Origin: Synechococcales cyanobacterium VAR_4_metabat_354
Lineage (GTDB): Bacteria; Cyanobacteriota; Cyanobacteriia; Cyanobacteriales; Chamaesiphonaceae
Assembly (NCBI GenBank): GCA_031414775.1
Contig: JANOQI010000025.1
Location: 1-37,875 of the forward strand
Length of the DNA stretch: 37,875 nt
Direction: 5' to 3'
Shown: piece by piece, positions 28,926 through 37,875 of the stretch
How positions within the stretch are numbered: the stretch's first letter is position 1
Layout of the letters: every line of letters starts with the position of its first letter
Program-made: the position numbers and the translations under genes
Notes under the pieces: generated by a model
Told to the model about the DNA's origin: nothing
The model's input: the letters and a program-made list of their open reading frames with translations, nothing else
Databases searched by the model: none

Positions 28926-28971
28926 TCTTTACGAAAGTTAATCTTACCCCTCTAGCATAAACCGAATTTTC

Positions 28972-30450
28972 TTATCTGAACGCCGCTTCGTAGACTTTTT
29001 GATTGGCGGTGGCCGACTTAAATAAGTCTACGACTGGTCGGGGATAGTCTACACCCAGCTGCACACCCCAGCGTTGTTGTTCAACGGGTAGCAATTGGTC
29101 AGGATGATGAACTTTGGCCGCTGGGATTTGGGCTAACTCCGGCAGCCATAATTTGACATATTTACCCTGCGAATCGTAATCTTTGGCCTGTTTGTAGATG
29201 TTGAAAAATCGGAAACCCCGGGCATCGTTGCCCACTCCAGCTGTGTAGTTCCAGTTGCCCCAGTTACTAGCCACATCGTAGTCAATCAGCATCGACTCGA
29301 ACCACTCTGCGCCCCAGCGCCAGTCAATGCCTAAGTTTTTCGTTAAAAAGCTAGCCACGTTCTGCCGTCCTCGATTGGACATAAAGCCAGTGGCCAATAA
29401 TTCGCGCATGTTGGCATCCACCAGCGGAAAGCCGGTTTGGCCCTGACACCACAATTCAAAACGGGTTTTGTCCTGCTGCCAAGGAATGTTCACGCCCCGT
29501 AGTCCGGCGACTCGAAAAATCTTATGACCGTGCTTGGCAGCGATCAGAGCAAAATAGTCCCGCCAGAGGAGTTCAAAAATTAGCCAGTAGGTTGATTCGT
29601 TTTGCACTCGATCGATCTCATACTTTTTGACCTGATCGTAGATGTAGCGGGGCGACAAGCAGCCCAGCGCCAGCCAGGGCGAGAATTTGGAAGAATAGTC
29701 GGCACCGACCAGACCGTTACGGGTTTCTTTGTAGGTAGGGAGCAAATTCTGTTGCCAGAAATACTGGTCTAATCTGGCTAAGCCAGCAGTTTCGCCGCCC
29801 TGAAAAGCCAAGACCGCTCGCGGATCGGTAGCTGGTAGCTCTAAACCCCAATCCGACAAGCTGGGCAGATTACCAGGCTCTATCCCGGTTATGGTAACTA
29901 ACTCAGAGGGAGCGGGCAAGGCCGAGCGCACGCCCACAAATTCTGATTTTTTGTTTGGTCGGCTGGGTGCAGCTTCCACTATTTTACGAAACTTAGTAAA
30001 TAGTTCCGGTAGTTCAGAGATGCTAAAAGGTAGATCTGCTGGCTGATAAAGGGTGTGTCCCCACCAAGATTGGTGCGGAATGGACAGCTGGGCGATCACG
30101 GCCTGCTCCACCGCTAGTTCTTCAGCGGTGGGATAGGTATGAAAATAAACGGCGGTGATGGCTAATTCTTGAACGAGTTGCGGAATAATGGCTTCCGGCT
30201 GGCCACACCGAATAATTAATTCACCACCACCAGAACGATAGCTCGCTCGCAGATCCGCCACACTGGCTAGCAAAAATTGCGCCCGCCAAGCACCAGTCTT
30301 AGGAAACCCTTGGGGCGTTTGACCAAACGATCGATCATCGAAGCAATAAAGTGGCAAAATTTCTGCCCCCTGGCTCACGGCGGTCTGGAGGGGCAGGTGA
30401 TCGATCGTTCGGAGGTCTTGACGATACCAGACCAAAATCCGCTGCTGCAT
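28972..30450 (-). CDS. cry: Cryptochrome DASH
   Basis: WYRQDLRTIDH, YKETRNGL...SSKFSPWLALGC, GVGNDARGFRFFN. Confidence 0.95.
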   Translation of the reverse strand: MQQRILVWYRQDLRTIDHLPLQTAVSQGAEILPLYCFDDRSFGQTPQGFPKTGAWRAQFLLASVADLRASYRSGGGELIIRCGQPEAIIPQLVQELAITAVYFHTYPTAEELAVEQAVIAQLSIPHQSWWGHTLYQPADLPFSISELPELFTKFRKIVEAAPSRPNKKSEFVGVRSALPAPSELVTITGIEPGNLPSLSDWGLELPATDPRAVLAFQGGETAGLARLDQYFWQQNLLPTYKETRNGLVGADYSSKFSPWLALGCLSPRYIYDQVKKYEIDRVQNESTYWLIFELLWRDYFALIAAKHGHKIFRVAGLRGVNIPWQQDKTRFELWCQGQTGFPLVDANMRELLATGFMSNRGRQNVASFLTKNLGIDWRWGAEWFESMLIDYDVASNWGNWNYTAGVGNDARGFRFFNIYKQAKDYDSQGKYVKLWLPELAQIPAAKVHHPDQLLPVEQQRWGVQLGVDYPRPVVDLFKSATANQKVYEAAFR

Positions 30451-30607
30451 AGCTAAAAACACCTATGATTTTTCTAGTAACTTAACAAAAATTAAGATTA
30501 GTTGAGAATAGTCGAAAATTGGGCATAGTCAAAATCCACGACAATCACGGCTAGAATGTGAAAGACTTAATCCACTGTGTTATCACACAGCTGTATGGCA
30601 TTACTGC

Positions 30608-31612
30608 ATGGAACAGCTAAATAGCGCCTTTACTCTTTTTTTGAGCTTACTCGTCGAAGCAATGCCCTTTTTGTTGCTCGGCGTATTGTTATCGGGACTG
30701 TTGCTGTTTTTTGTCGATGAACAAAAGTTGGTAAAGTTTGCTCCCAAAAACCCGGTATTGGGAGCCTTTGCCGGGAGCTGTATTGGTTTTTTATTGCCAG
30801 TGTGTGAATGTGGCAATGTGCCAGTCGCTCGCCGCTTAATTATGCAAGGCGTGCCGCTACCCGTAGCGATCGGCTTTCTATTAGCTGCCCCAGTAATCAA
30901 TCCGATCGTTATTTGGTCTACTTGGATTGCCTTTCGTGATCAGCCCGAAATTGTGGTGCTGCGGATTGTCTTTTCGTTGCTAATTGCCACCATCGTGGGC
31001 TATGTATTTGGGCAAAAAGTTGATATCAAAACTCTACTCCAGCCCGCTACCGCCTTGGGTATTTTCAAACCGCAGCCCGCGATCAATCCCGAAATCCCCG
31101 CTCTGTTGCAGTCTGGCACCTTCATGCTGGGTGGTGGCATCGGCGCACCCCGCCGCTTAGAAGAACAACTAGCCGCCAGCCAAGTAGTACCAAAATTGAC
31201 TCGATCGGAACGCTGGAACTTATTACTAGAAAATACCCTGCAAGAACTGCGGGAGCTGGGAGGCATCTTGATTTTGGGTAGTGCCCTGGCTGCCCTCATT
31301 CAAACCTTTACTCCTCGCGAATTAATTTTGGGCTTGGGACAAGGCTCGGTCTCATCGATCGTCGCCATGATGCTCTTAGCTGGTTTGATTTCAATCTGCT
31401 CGACTGTAGATGCGTTCTTTGCACTGTCCTTTGCTGGCGCTTTTACCAGTGGATCTTTGTTAGCCTTTTTGGTGTTTGGTCCGATGTTTGATCTAAAGGG
31501 CATCGGTTTACTGCTGTCGATATTCAAACCCAAAGCGATTTTTTATCTCTTTGCCCTAGCTGCCCAACTCACTTTTTTACTTGCCCTATTGGTGAATTTT
31601 AATGTCAGCTAA
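30608..31612 (+). CDS. UPF0718/DUF318 permease
   Basis: PVCECGNVP, AAPVINP, SICSTVDAF. Confidence 0.9.
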   Translation: MEQLNSAFTLFLSLLVEAMPFLLLGVLLSGLLLFFVDEQKLVKFAPKNPVLGAFAGSCIGFLLPVCECGNVPVARRLIMQGVPLPVAIGFLLAAPVINPIVIWSTWIAFRDQPEIVVLRIVFSLLIATIVGYVFGQKVDIKTLLQPATALGIFKPQPAINPEIPALLQSGTFMLGGGIGAPRRLEEQLAASQVVPKLTRSERWNLLLENTLQELRELGGILILGSALAALIQTFTPRELILGLGQGSVSSIVAMMLLAGLISICSTVDAFFALSFAGAFTSGSLLAFLVFGPMFDLKGIGLLLSIFKPKAIFYLFALAAQLTFLLALLVNFNVS

Positions 31613-32369
31613 AACCACTCGTTCTGCCGCTCGTCTCCTCTCTTGGCTGGAAGTGCTAGCCGTCTTGGCTTGGGGGAGCTTGCTCCTAAAATATTGGCTA
31701 GATGGCTCGCTCAATATCCTGATTCACCCCAACTATTTTGGCCTAGTGGCAGCCACCGGGCTGGTTTTTTTACTAATTGGGGTGATTAAGGGTTATCAGA
31801 TGTTTCGATATGCCCAGCGGCCTTCTCCCAACACCGGACATATTAGTCTGCTACCCAGCGGCTGGACAACATCTTTGCTGCTGATCACCGCTCTGATTGG
31901 TCTAGCAACAACTCCCCGAGTTTTTACTAGTACTACCGCCATTCAACGGGGCGTGACGGAATCACTGAGTGCCACCACTACTAGGTCGCAGCCACAGTCT
32001 TTTCGCGGGCAAAATAAGTCCGAAAATCGATCTCTCATTGATTGGGTACGAACTCTGAACACTTACCCGGAACCAGATACCTACAGCGGTCAAAAAGTGA
32101 ACATCAGCGGCTTTGTAGTGGCCGCTCCCGCTCTAGGGGAGAATTACTTGCTCTTGTCCCGGTTTATTTTGACCTGTTGCGCCGCTGATGCTTATCCGAT
32201 CGCCTTGCCAGTGCAACTGACGGCGGGTAGTCAGCAATATAAGCCAGATAGTTGGCTCCAAATCCAGGGCAAAATGGCCACGGTAACATTGGAAGGTAAG
32301 CGCCAATTGGTGGTTGTGGCCACCGCTGTCCAACCTATTTCTCCTCCTAAGAATCCTTATGACTACTAG
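31602..32369 (+). CDS. TIGR03943/DUF1980 putative permease subunit
   Basis: LIHP, RFILTCCAADA, PKNPYDY. Confidence 0.9.
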   Translation: MSAKTTRSAARLLSWLEVLAVLAWGSLLLKYWLDGSLNILIHPNYFGLVAATGLVFLLIGVIKGYQMFRYAQRPSPNTGHISLLPSGWTTSLLLITALIGLATTPRVFTSTTAIQRGVTESLSATTTRSQPQSFRGQNKSENRSLIDWVRTLNTYPEPDTYSGQKVNISGFVVAAPALGENYLLLSRFILTCCAADAYPIALPVQLTAGSQQYKPDSWLQIQGKMATVTLEGKRQLVVVATAVQPISPPKNPYDY

Positions 32370-33924
32370 ATTTCGATCTGGATCGACGCTCGACAGGTTG
32401 GCCATGATTTTAATGGCCGTAATCATGCTGGTGACATTATTGGTGATGGTCGTTGGTGATAATTCTTCACCCTATGTCCGGGAATTTAGTTGGCAAGACC
32501 AAGAAATTGGGGCTGATGATACCGCTTTCATGATGAGATTTAGTCGATCGATGGATCGCCCGAAAGTAGAATCTCAGCTTTATATCACCCGCTTGCCCAC
32601 CGCGCAAACGCCCAGCGAACGGCTGCCCATCAGCCAAATTTTACCGGGCAAAGTGAGCTGGGCTGGCAAAAGAATGCTGTATACCCCCGATAAACCACTG
32701 TCCTATGGCAATAGTTATCAGCTGGAGTTGCAAGGAGCGAGCGCTGCTAATAACCAGGGTCAGCCCATTGGTCGGGTGATGAATATTTTTGCCAGCAAGT
32801 TTACGGTCAGAGATCGGCTATTTGCTTTTATTGGGACAACTGGTAACAACCAAGGCCGGTTGGTGCTCAATCAATTTGGGAAAGGAGCCGAGGCGTTGCT
32901 AACTCCTGCCAATTTATCGGTGATCGATTTTCGCTTTGCACCCAAAGGAGCCGGGATTGTCTACTCGGCAATTCCAGCAGTGGGTCGGGATAGTAACACA
33001 CCCCTGCTAGACAGCCAGCAAATTTATCGAGTAGCGATCGACAACCGCCAATCGATCGGCAATCCCGCAGAGCTGATTTTAGATAGTCAAGTATACCAAA
33101 ACATTAAATTTGACCTAGCACCAGATGGCAAAAGCATTGTGGTGCAAAGGATTAATCGAAAAAACTCCAAAGATGTTGGTATCTGGTCGCTCGGTCTCGA
33201 ACCAGGCGCAGTACCCAAGAAAATCAGCCAGGGCGGCGATTTTTTGATCACCCCCGATAGTGCGGCCATTGCCGTGGCCGAAGGCGAAGGCGTGGCCATT
33301 ACCCCGCTAGCGCCAGAAGTAAAACCCTGGGATTTTCTGCCCAAGTTTGGCACAGTACTAAGCTTTGCCCGCAATGGTCAGGCAGCGGCGATGGTCAAGT
33401 TTAACAATGACTTCACCAAATCTTTGTTTCTGGTCACCAACCAAGGTATTCAAAAAGAACTGAGAAAAATCAATGGCGATTTTAAAACCGCTCAGTTTTC
33501 CCCAGATGGCAAAATCTTATACGTCATCACCGAATTGCAACCAGCGGCTAATGCTACCTCGCCGGAAAAAGCGGTTAAACCAATGGCCAAAACAACTGTT
33601 ACATCAGTTAAACCAGAAGGTTCTCAGACCTTTTTGATTGCGATCGATGTGACGACGGCTACGACTCAACCCGTGCTGCAATTGCCCCAACAACAAGGGA
33701 TTATCTTAAGTCTGTCGCCAGATGGCCGAGCGTTGATGTTTGACCAAGTGGCTACTGGCAAGAAAGTAGCTGGGGTAAAAACACTGATGACCCCAGATGG
33801 TCAAGCCATTCAGCAGGGAATGGTGTGGCTACTTCCTTTACCCCCGTCGTTTGCTGGTTTCCAAGAAAAAATCCGGCCAGAGCAATTGCCTGTGGCTGGA
33901 TTTTATCCTCAATGGGCACCGTAG
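32359..33924 (+). CDS. Membrane-anchored Ig-like + TolB-like beta-propeller protein
   Basis: N-terminal TM, FSRSMD Ig-like segment, repeated (F/L)(S/A)PDG blades. ATG 32359 preferred. Confidence 0.8.
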   Translation: MTTRFRSGSTLDRLAMILMAVIMLVTLLVMVVGDNSSPYVREFSWQDQEIGADDTAFMMRFSRSMDRPKVESQLYITRLPTAQTPSERLPISQILPGKVSWAGKRMLYTPDKPLSYGNSYQLELQGASAANNQGQPIGRVMNIFASKFTVRDRLFAFIGTTGNNQGRLVLNQFGKGAEALLTPANLSVIDFRFAPKGAGIVYSAIPAVGRDSNTPLLDSQQIYRVAIDNRQSIGNPAELILDSQVYQNIKFDLAPDGKSIVVQRINRKNSKDVGIWSLGLEPGAVPKKISQGGDFLITPDSAAIAVAEGEGVAITPLAPEVKPWDFLPKFGTVLSFARNGQAAAMVKFNNDFTKSLFLVTNQGIQKELRKINGDFKTAQFSPDGKILYVITELQPAANATSPEKAVKPMAKTTVTSVKPEGSQTFLIAIDVTTATTQPVLQLPQQQGIILSLSPDGRALMFDQVATGKKVAGVKTLMTPDGQAIQQGMVWLLPLPPSFAGFQEKIRPEQLPVAGFYPQWAP

Positions 33925-33932
33925 ATTTAAAG

Positions 33933-35522
33933 CTAAGGACTTTTGGTGGGCTTCAATGCCAACAGACCTTCCATCTGAATGGTATTACCGTTTTGGGTGG
34001 TGGCAGCTCCTAACCCGCGCACCGAAGAAAGCATCGCCATGGTGGCGGGGGGCACCATACTAAGCTGCTCCTTAGGTAGCTTAGTATTGATCAGGTTTAA
34101 TGCCTGATCGAAATTGACGTACAAGTAGCCCAAATTGCTTTGGGGAAGGGAGCCAGTAATTTCTTGGAAATCTTTGCTCTTGTTCAAAGGTTCCTTAATT
34201 TCCAGATCGCTCATGCTGACAAACATCGATCGATCATTCAACCAGCCATAACTCAATACCGGATCAGAACCAACAAAAGGCACCTTCAGTTCGGTGATGT
34301 CTTTACTATTAGACTTCAAATTGGTAGTGGCACCATTGGCGCTAGCCAAGGTTTTCAGACCTTGCAAAGCGCGGTTAGTACTATCTTTATCGGTACTGTC
34401 AAAAACTGCCGATAGACCCATGCCCACATCCTTGAGAGCGCCTTTCTTGACCGGGACAATCGCCAGCGCGTATTCACCACCCATCCAACCAAAAACATCC
34501 TTGCCGAGGTCTAGCTTTGTACTTTGCTGGAAAGCTTGTTGCAGCTGAGTCATCGACTGCTGAAGCTCTGGTTGCGCCGCCATATTTTTTTGAGTTTCTG
34601 CCCAAATATCTTTCAGGCCGCTACCACTACTCAAAAACAAGGTATCTGCCGGGAAGTTGGCCAAAACTTGACCGGGGGCAGCAGACATTTTCATTACCTG
34701 ATCGGTAGTTTGCGCCACCATCTTCATCCGCAAACCTTGGTCATCAATACCAACCCCACCAGCCATTGATTTCACCTGATTAAGCTGATTTAAACTAGCC
34801 GCACTCAGGCCGTTGCCACGAGTTTTACTCATTTCTTTGGTCAGTTGGGGATAGTCTACGTAGAATGAGGCCACTTGGTTCGGAATGCTCAAGCTACTGC
34901 TAGCAAAGAACTGATTGCCATTCTTTTTACTAAAAGAAGGAGCGCCATTAACCGTATCGATCGACTTCTCCACTGTCTGTCGATCGCTAGCCACTAGCAC
35001 CCAATCGTTGAGAGAAGTGGTAAAGGTAGCTTTCTTCCCTTCACCACTGGCAAAAATCTTGGTTCCTTTATAGTCCAACTCTTTGAGCGGTGTTTTAGCA
35101 TTGCTCTTCATTTTGTTGAGAAAGTTGAGAGCACTAACTTTGTCTTTGACTTTACTTACCATCAAAATAGTTGGCTCGTTGGCTTTATCTGGCGCGGGGA
35201 GGGTGGCCATCATGACATTGCCAAGCCACGGTTGAACATCTTTTTGAAAATCAACTTGATCCTTGGCCAGCACATCCTGCTGAAATTTTTGTAAAGACTG
35301 GCCAATTAGTTTCTGAGCGGCGGGAGTACCAAATTTTTCCAGTTTGCCCCAGACTTTGGCATCAGTAGCTACATAACCCACCATAAAAGCGTTTTCGGGA
35401 ACTGCTGTCGCTAATTGCTCGGGCTGATCACCAACATTATGACTCTGAAAATAGTAATACGCTGCTCCGCTGCCAGCTGTTGCCACTAGCAACGCTGCCA
35501 CAATGCCACCACTCTTAGCCAC
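33933..35522 (-). CDS. DUF3352 protein
   Basis: N-terminal anchor, DFQKDVQPWLG, DVFGWMGGEYAL, NLGYLYVN. Confidence 0.85.
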   Translation of the reverse strand: MAKSGGIVAALLVATAGSGAAYYYFQSHNVGDQPEQLATAVPENAFMVGYVATDAKVWGKLEKFGTPAAQKLIGQSLQKFQQDVLAKDQVDFQKDVQPWLGNVMMATLPAPDKANEPTILMVSKVKDKVSALNFLNKMKSNAKTPLKELDYKGTKIFASGEGKKATFTTSLNDWVLVASDRQTVEKSIDTVNGAPSFSKKNGNQFFASSSLSIPNQVASFYVDYPQLTKEMSKTRGNGLSAASLNQLNQVKSMAGGVGIDDQGLRMKMVAQTTDQVMKMSAAPGQVLANFPADTLFLSSGSGLKDIWAETQKNMAAQPELQQSMTQLQQAFQQSTKLDLGKDVFGWMGGEYALAIVPVKKGALKDVGMGLSAVFDSTDKDSTNRALQGLKTLASANGATTNLKSNSKDITELKVPFVGSDPVLSYGWLNDRSMFVSMSDLEIKEPLNKSKDFQEITGSLPQSNLGYLYVNFDQALNLINTKLPKEQLSMVPPATMAMLSSVRGLGAATTQNGNTIQMEGLLALKPTKSP

Positions 35523-35770
35523 TGGAGATCTCCTGGAAATTTTAGATTGGATTTAGATTGAAGTCTGTTATGTGATTCATCAGTGGATCATGGTAATCCG
35601 GATTTTAGGCGGGGAATTTCGATCTACTGGCAAGCCATAGTAACTTAGTCTACCTGAGCATAGAGAAATTTACTGTGCAAATAGTCTATTTCTTGGGAAA
35701 TCTAGAGAGGTACGGTGTGTCTTTTTGCGCTGTACCTCAATGATTTCAGTGCATCCAGGAATTCAGTGCT

Positions 35771-37747
35771 ATGTATTTACTCGCCAAAAGGGACAATAAA
35801 GTCTCTCGGAAAAGTTCTGCGGACATTAAACCCCAGGAATCGCCAGAAGAGCAAGTTGAATCTTTGCGGGCATTTTTGGGTTATCCAACACTGGAGAGAG
35901 ATCGAGCCAACCGAGATTATTGGTATTTACGCCCCGGGGCCGATCGAGATGAGGCTGAAAATACGGCGCCGATCGGGGTTTGTTTTTATGATGACTTAGA
36001 GGGTAAGCAGGAAGAAGTTTACAAGCATTATTTGGGGCGGAGTTTGGCGGAGCAGCCGGTAATGTATTTGCTGTGGCCAAACGGGTCTGATGGTGCGGTT
36101 TCGTTGGTTTTGCCAAATGAGGGTGGCTTGAAACGGCGGAGCGTTCAGAATTTTGCGCTGGGTTCGCCGGAGTTGCGATCAAGGTTAGAGCGGTTGAAGC
36201 AGGGTATTTTGCCGGTGGCGCATAAGGCAATGTTGTCGATTCCGTTGGCGGAGTTTGCTTTTTATCAGCCGATCGAGACGGCGAAGGATTTGGCGCAGCA
36301 GTTGGCGGCGGTAGCGAAAAGGATTGAAGGGATTATTCCCCAGGTTTATCGGCAAGAAAAGAAGGATGGTTATTTGCATAAGCTGTTAGCCAGTTTTCAG
36401 CAAGAGTTGTTGCCTTTTTTAAAGCTGAAGGCTGAAACCAATAAGGAATATGGGTTTGCAGATATCTATGCTCAGACGGTGGCTTACGCTTTGTTTACGG
36501 CGCGGGTGTTTAGTCATATTAGCTGGCAGAAAGATTTGAAGTTGGATTCTACGGTTAAGCAGCCGTTGTTCGATCGAGAAACAGCTTGGCAGCAGTTACC
36601 GGAGACAAACCCATTTTTGCGGAAGTTGTTTGAGGATATTTCTAACCAGAAGGCTGAGGATCTGGGGGATGAGCTGATTACGGAGATTGCCAATATTTTT
36701 GGAATTCTGCGAGCAGCGAAGATGGAGGCGATTTTGAGTGATTTTTCACACACTCAGAACAAAGATGACCTGATTATCCATTTCTATGAGCCGTTTTTGA
36801 CTGCTTACAATCCCAAGCTGAAGAAGAATCGTGGTGTTTATTACACGCCAGAATCGGTGGTTTCTTATATGGTGCGGAGTGTGGATATTCTGCTGAAGGA
36901 TAAGTTTCACAAGCCTTTGGGGTTGGCTGATCCTGATGTGATGATTTTAGATCCGGCGACGGGGACGGGCACTTACTTACTATGGATTTTTCAGTTGGTG
37001 GAGCGGCGGTTCAAGGGGACTGATGGGGATGTGGAGTCTCAGCGGTTGATTAAGGAGCGGTTTGGGGAGATGTCGTGGACGCAATATGTCCGCGATCATT
37101 TGTTGCCGAGGGTGGCGGGGTTTGAGTTGTTGATGGCTCCCTATGCCATTGCTCACCTGAAGCTGAGTTTGTTTTTGCAGGAGAGTGGGTATGAATTCGA
37201 TCCCAATCAGCGGTTGAAGGTGTATCTGACGAATACGTTGGATAATGCGCCGCGCAAGTCGGAGTTTTTGTTTGATGAGTTTATTGCATCGGAAGCTAAT
37301 GAGGCGACGAGCATCAAGCAGGATGAGCCTGTGATGGTAGTTGTGGGGAATCCGCCCTATTCGGGGCATTCGGAGAATAAGGGCGAGTGGATTAGCAATC
37401 TGCTCAAGGACTATCAACAAGTGGATGGACTGCCTTTGGGCGAGAAGAATTCTAAATGGTTACAGGATGACTATGTAAAGTTTATTCGGTTTTCGCAGTG
37501 GCGGATTGAGAAGACGGGAAAGGGAATTTTGGCTTTTATTACCAATCATGGTTATTTGGACAATCCGACGTTTAAGGGAATGCGGCGCAGTCTAGATAAG
37601 ACTTTTGATGAGATGTATGTTTTCGATCTGCATGGAAATAGCTCGAAAAAAGAAGTTGCGCCGGATGGATCGAAAGATCAAAATGTCTTTGATATCAAGC
37701 AAGGTGTGGCAATTGGTCTGATGGTTAAGTTACCTGCTCAGGAGTAA
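35771..37747 (+). CDS. N6-adenine DNA methyltransferase, type ISP/IIG-like, lacking the specificity domain
   Basis: FYEPFL...GVYYTP, motif I ILDPATGTG, motif IV GNPPY, DDYVKFIR, DLHGN...NVFDIKQGV. Confidence 0.92.
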   Translation: MYLLAKRDNKVSRKSSADIKPQESPEEQVESLRAFLGYPTLERDRANRDYWYLRPGADRDEAENTAPIGVCFYDDLEGKQEEVYKHYLGRSLAEQPVMYLLWPNGSDGAVSLVLPNEGGLKRRSVQNFALGSPELRSRLERLKQGILPVAHKAMLSIPLAEFAFYQPIETAKDLAQQLAAVAKRIEGIIPQVYRQEKKDGYLHKLLASFQQELLPFLKLKAETNKEYGFADIYAQTVAYALFTARVFSHISWQKDLKLDSTVKQPLFDRETAWQQLPETNPFLRKLFEDISNQKAEDLGDELITEIANIFGILRAAKMEAILSDFSHTQNKDDLIIHFYEPFLTAYNPKLKKNRGVYYTPESVVSYMVRSVDILLKDKFHKPLGLADPDVMILDPATGTGTYLLWIFQLVERRFKGTDGDVESQRLIKERFGEMSWTQYVRDHLLPRVAGFELLMAPYAIAHLKLSLFLQESGYEFDPNQRLKVYLTNTLDNAPRKSEFLFDEFIASEANEATSIKQDEPVMVVVGNPPYSGHSENKGEWISNLLKDYQQVDGLPLGEKNSKWLQDDYVKFIRFSQWRIEKTGKGILAFITNHGYLDNPTFKGMRRSLDKTFDEMYVFDLHGNSSKKEVAPDGSKDQNVFDIKQGVAIGLMVKLPAQE

Positions 37748-37752
37748 ATAAA

Positions 37753-37875
37753 ATGGCAAAGATTTTTCATGCAAGTTTACACGGTTTATCAGAGGCAAAA
37801 GATCTAGTTTTATTAGAGTCGGATATCAACAAAACTGAATGGTCAAACATCAACCTTGAAGATTCTGATTTTTAC
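37753..37875 (+). CDS. Start of a separate type ISP-like C-terminal specificity (TRD) gene (partial)
   Basis: Hand translation MAKIFHASLHGLSEAKDLVLLESDINKTEWSNINLEDSDFY, open to the window end. Resembles the segment that normally follows the MTase in this family. Confidence 0.7.
   Translation, partial: MAKIFHASLHGLSEAKDLVLLESDINKTEWSNINLEDSDFY

Noticed and set aside
35640..35653. NtcA-like GTA-N8-TAC
   Set aside because: No -10 box at the expected 22-23 nt spacing on either strand; several such matches are expected by chance.

Overview
Cyanobacterial chromosomal window, judged from acsF, ndhV, ftn2/zipN, a CAAD/CurT protein, petRP and dense CGATCG (HIP1-core) sites. 1-2470 is a decayed accessory island abutting the rplL terminator. 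It holds an IS630-like end inside a Fic gene, three direct-repeat copies of what looks like the 3' tail of a type I R-M hsdS gene (followed respectively by a REP-like element, a RelE-family TA pair and a Uma2 gene), and a Gp49/HigB-like toxin remnant. A mostly core backbone follows: secE-nusG-rplKAJL with an L10 leader, GNATs, CPBP protease, DUF3326, acsF, ndhV, tspO, pilD, leuB, FTR1, pdhA, ftn2, AEC transporter, CurT-like, two-domain PTPS, Cry-DASH, a three-gene permease operon and DUF3352. Within it is a minimal cbb3-type oxidase operon (ccoN-ccoO-ccoS-like plus a USP/TerB-like/DUF697-like fusion) divergent from petRP. The window ends in a split type ISP-like methyltransferase + specificity gene. 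All family calls come from motif recognition by eye; no searches were run.
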